Assembly (NCBI GenBank): GCA_044340075.1
Contig: JBIIUH010000001.1
Coordinates: 1-55,922 of the forward strand
From: Ilumatobacteraceae bacterium
GTDB taxonomy: Bacteria; Actinomycetota; Acidimicrobiia; Acidimicrobiales; Ilumatobacteraceae
Direction: 5' to 3'
DNA: 55,922 nt
Positions 55,588 to 55,922 of the stretch are shown piece by piece. Within the stretch, counting starts at the first letter, position 1. The number at the start of each line of letters is the position of its first letter. The notes beneath the pieces are model-generated. The model saw only the letters and a list, made by a program, of their open reading frames with translations. It was not told the origin of the DNA and searched no databases. The translations under genes and the position numbers were made by a program.

Positions 55588-55922
55588 CTAGGCAACCGCA
55601 GGACGGGAGGGATCTGTCGGGGTTCCCCCAGACGGATCGCGATGTTCCACGTGGAACACGGCGACAGCACCGTGACGGATGGGGGTGGAGACTCCAATGG
55701 CGGCCAACTGGCGTGGCTCCCAGCGATTCGCCGCGGTGGCCGGGGGTTCGCTGACAAGAACCCAGCCCCCCGGACGCACCAGGCGCGCCGCCCACAACAC
55801 CGTTGTATACGGGGCGGTAAACCCCCGGCTCACGGCGGCATCAAAGCTGCCCATCCAGTGCCGATCGTTCGTCAGCGTCTCGACATCGGCGCAGACCACC
55901 CGCGCCGTGTCGTGGAGATCGA
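55588..55922 (-). CDS. rsmG: 16S rRNA (guanine527-N7)-methyltransferase RsmG, 3' part (5' end beyond the window)
   Basis: FDAAVSRGF and LVRPGGWVL segments match the RsmG C-terminal half. The frame is open to the window edge. Confidence 0.85.
   Translation of the reverse strand, partial: DLHDTARVVCADVETLTNDRHWMGSFDAAVSRGFTAPYTTVLWAARLVRPGGWVLVSEPPATAANRWEPRQLAAIGVSTPIRHGAVAVFHVEHRDPSGGTPTDPSRPAVA
55643..55658. promoter_or_regulatory. parS site (inside the rsmG coding sequence)
   Basis: A second identical perfect palindrome TGTTCCACGTGGAACA, 124 bp from the first. Confidence 0.85.

Noticed and set aside
1-55922. CRISPR arrays, IS elements/transposases, integrases, prophage or toxin-antitoxin modules
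   Set aside because: I saw no repeat-spacer periodicity, no transposase or integrase-like ORFs and no terminal inverted repeats. The only compositional outlier is the single methyltransferase gene reported above.

Overview
This 55.9-kb window is high-GC and densely coding. It looks like actinobacterial core chromosome lying close to the origin-proximal parB-parA-rsmG block at the right edge. Synteny is cca, DUF5318, rpsF-ssb-rpsR-rplI-dnaB, trxB-trxA and parAB. An Acidimicrobiia-like lineage is my guess only. I support about 60 CDS, 4 tRNAs (Glu-Asp-Phe cluster and Gly-CCC), one HspR operator (HAIR), two perfect parS sites, DnaA-box-like clusters and one in-frame tandem repeat. I found no CRISPR array, IS element, integrase or prophage genes. 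Housekeeping content includes map-coaA, dut, orn, pdxH, serS, purA-purB-pyrE, dnaK-grpE-dnaJ-hspR-clpB, gpmA, rbsK, dcd, cca and clpS. The most unusual feature is a nine-gene, same-strand cta operon (ctaB ... ctaC-D-E-F-G, caa3-type, Bacillus-like order). Three extra genes sit between ctaB and ctaC: a subunit I-like protein, a subunit III-like protein, and a 7-TM protein with a subunit II/cupredoxin-like C-terminal domain. By eye, all three have lost the canonical metal and heme ligands, so together they look like a cofactor-less 'ghost oxidase' module. Secondary observations:
- a HisD-family paralog with altered active-site motifs next to purA
- a low-GC single-gene methyltransferase islet beside the tRNA cluster
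- a DnaA-box direct-repeat cluster upstream of dnaB
- an active Ser/Thr kinase in the syntenic slot of mycobacterial MviN
- a tRNA-Phe with A54

All functional calls come from motif and family recognition by eye on the supplied translations. No searches were run. Start codons are often ambiguous in this GC-rich DNA.
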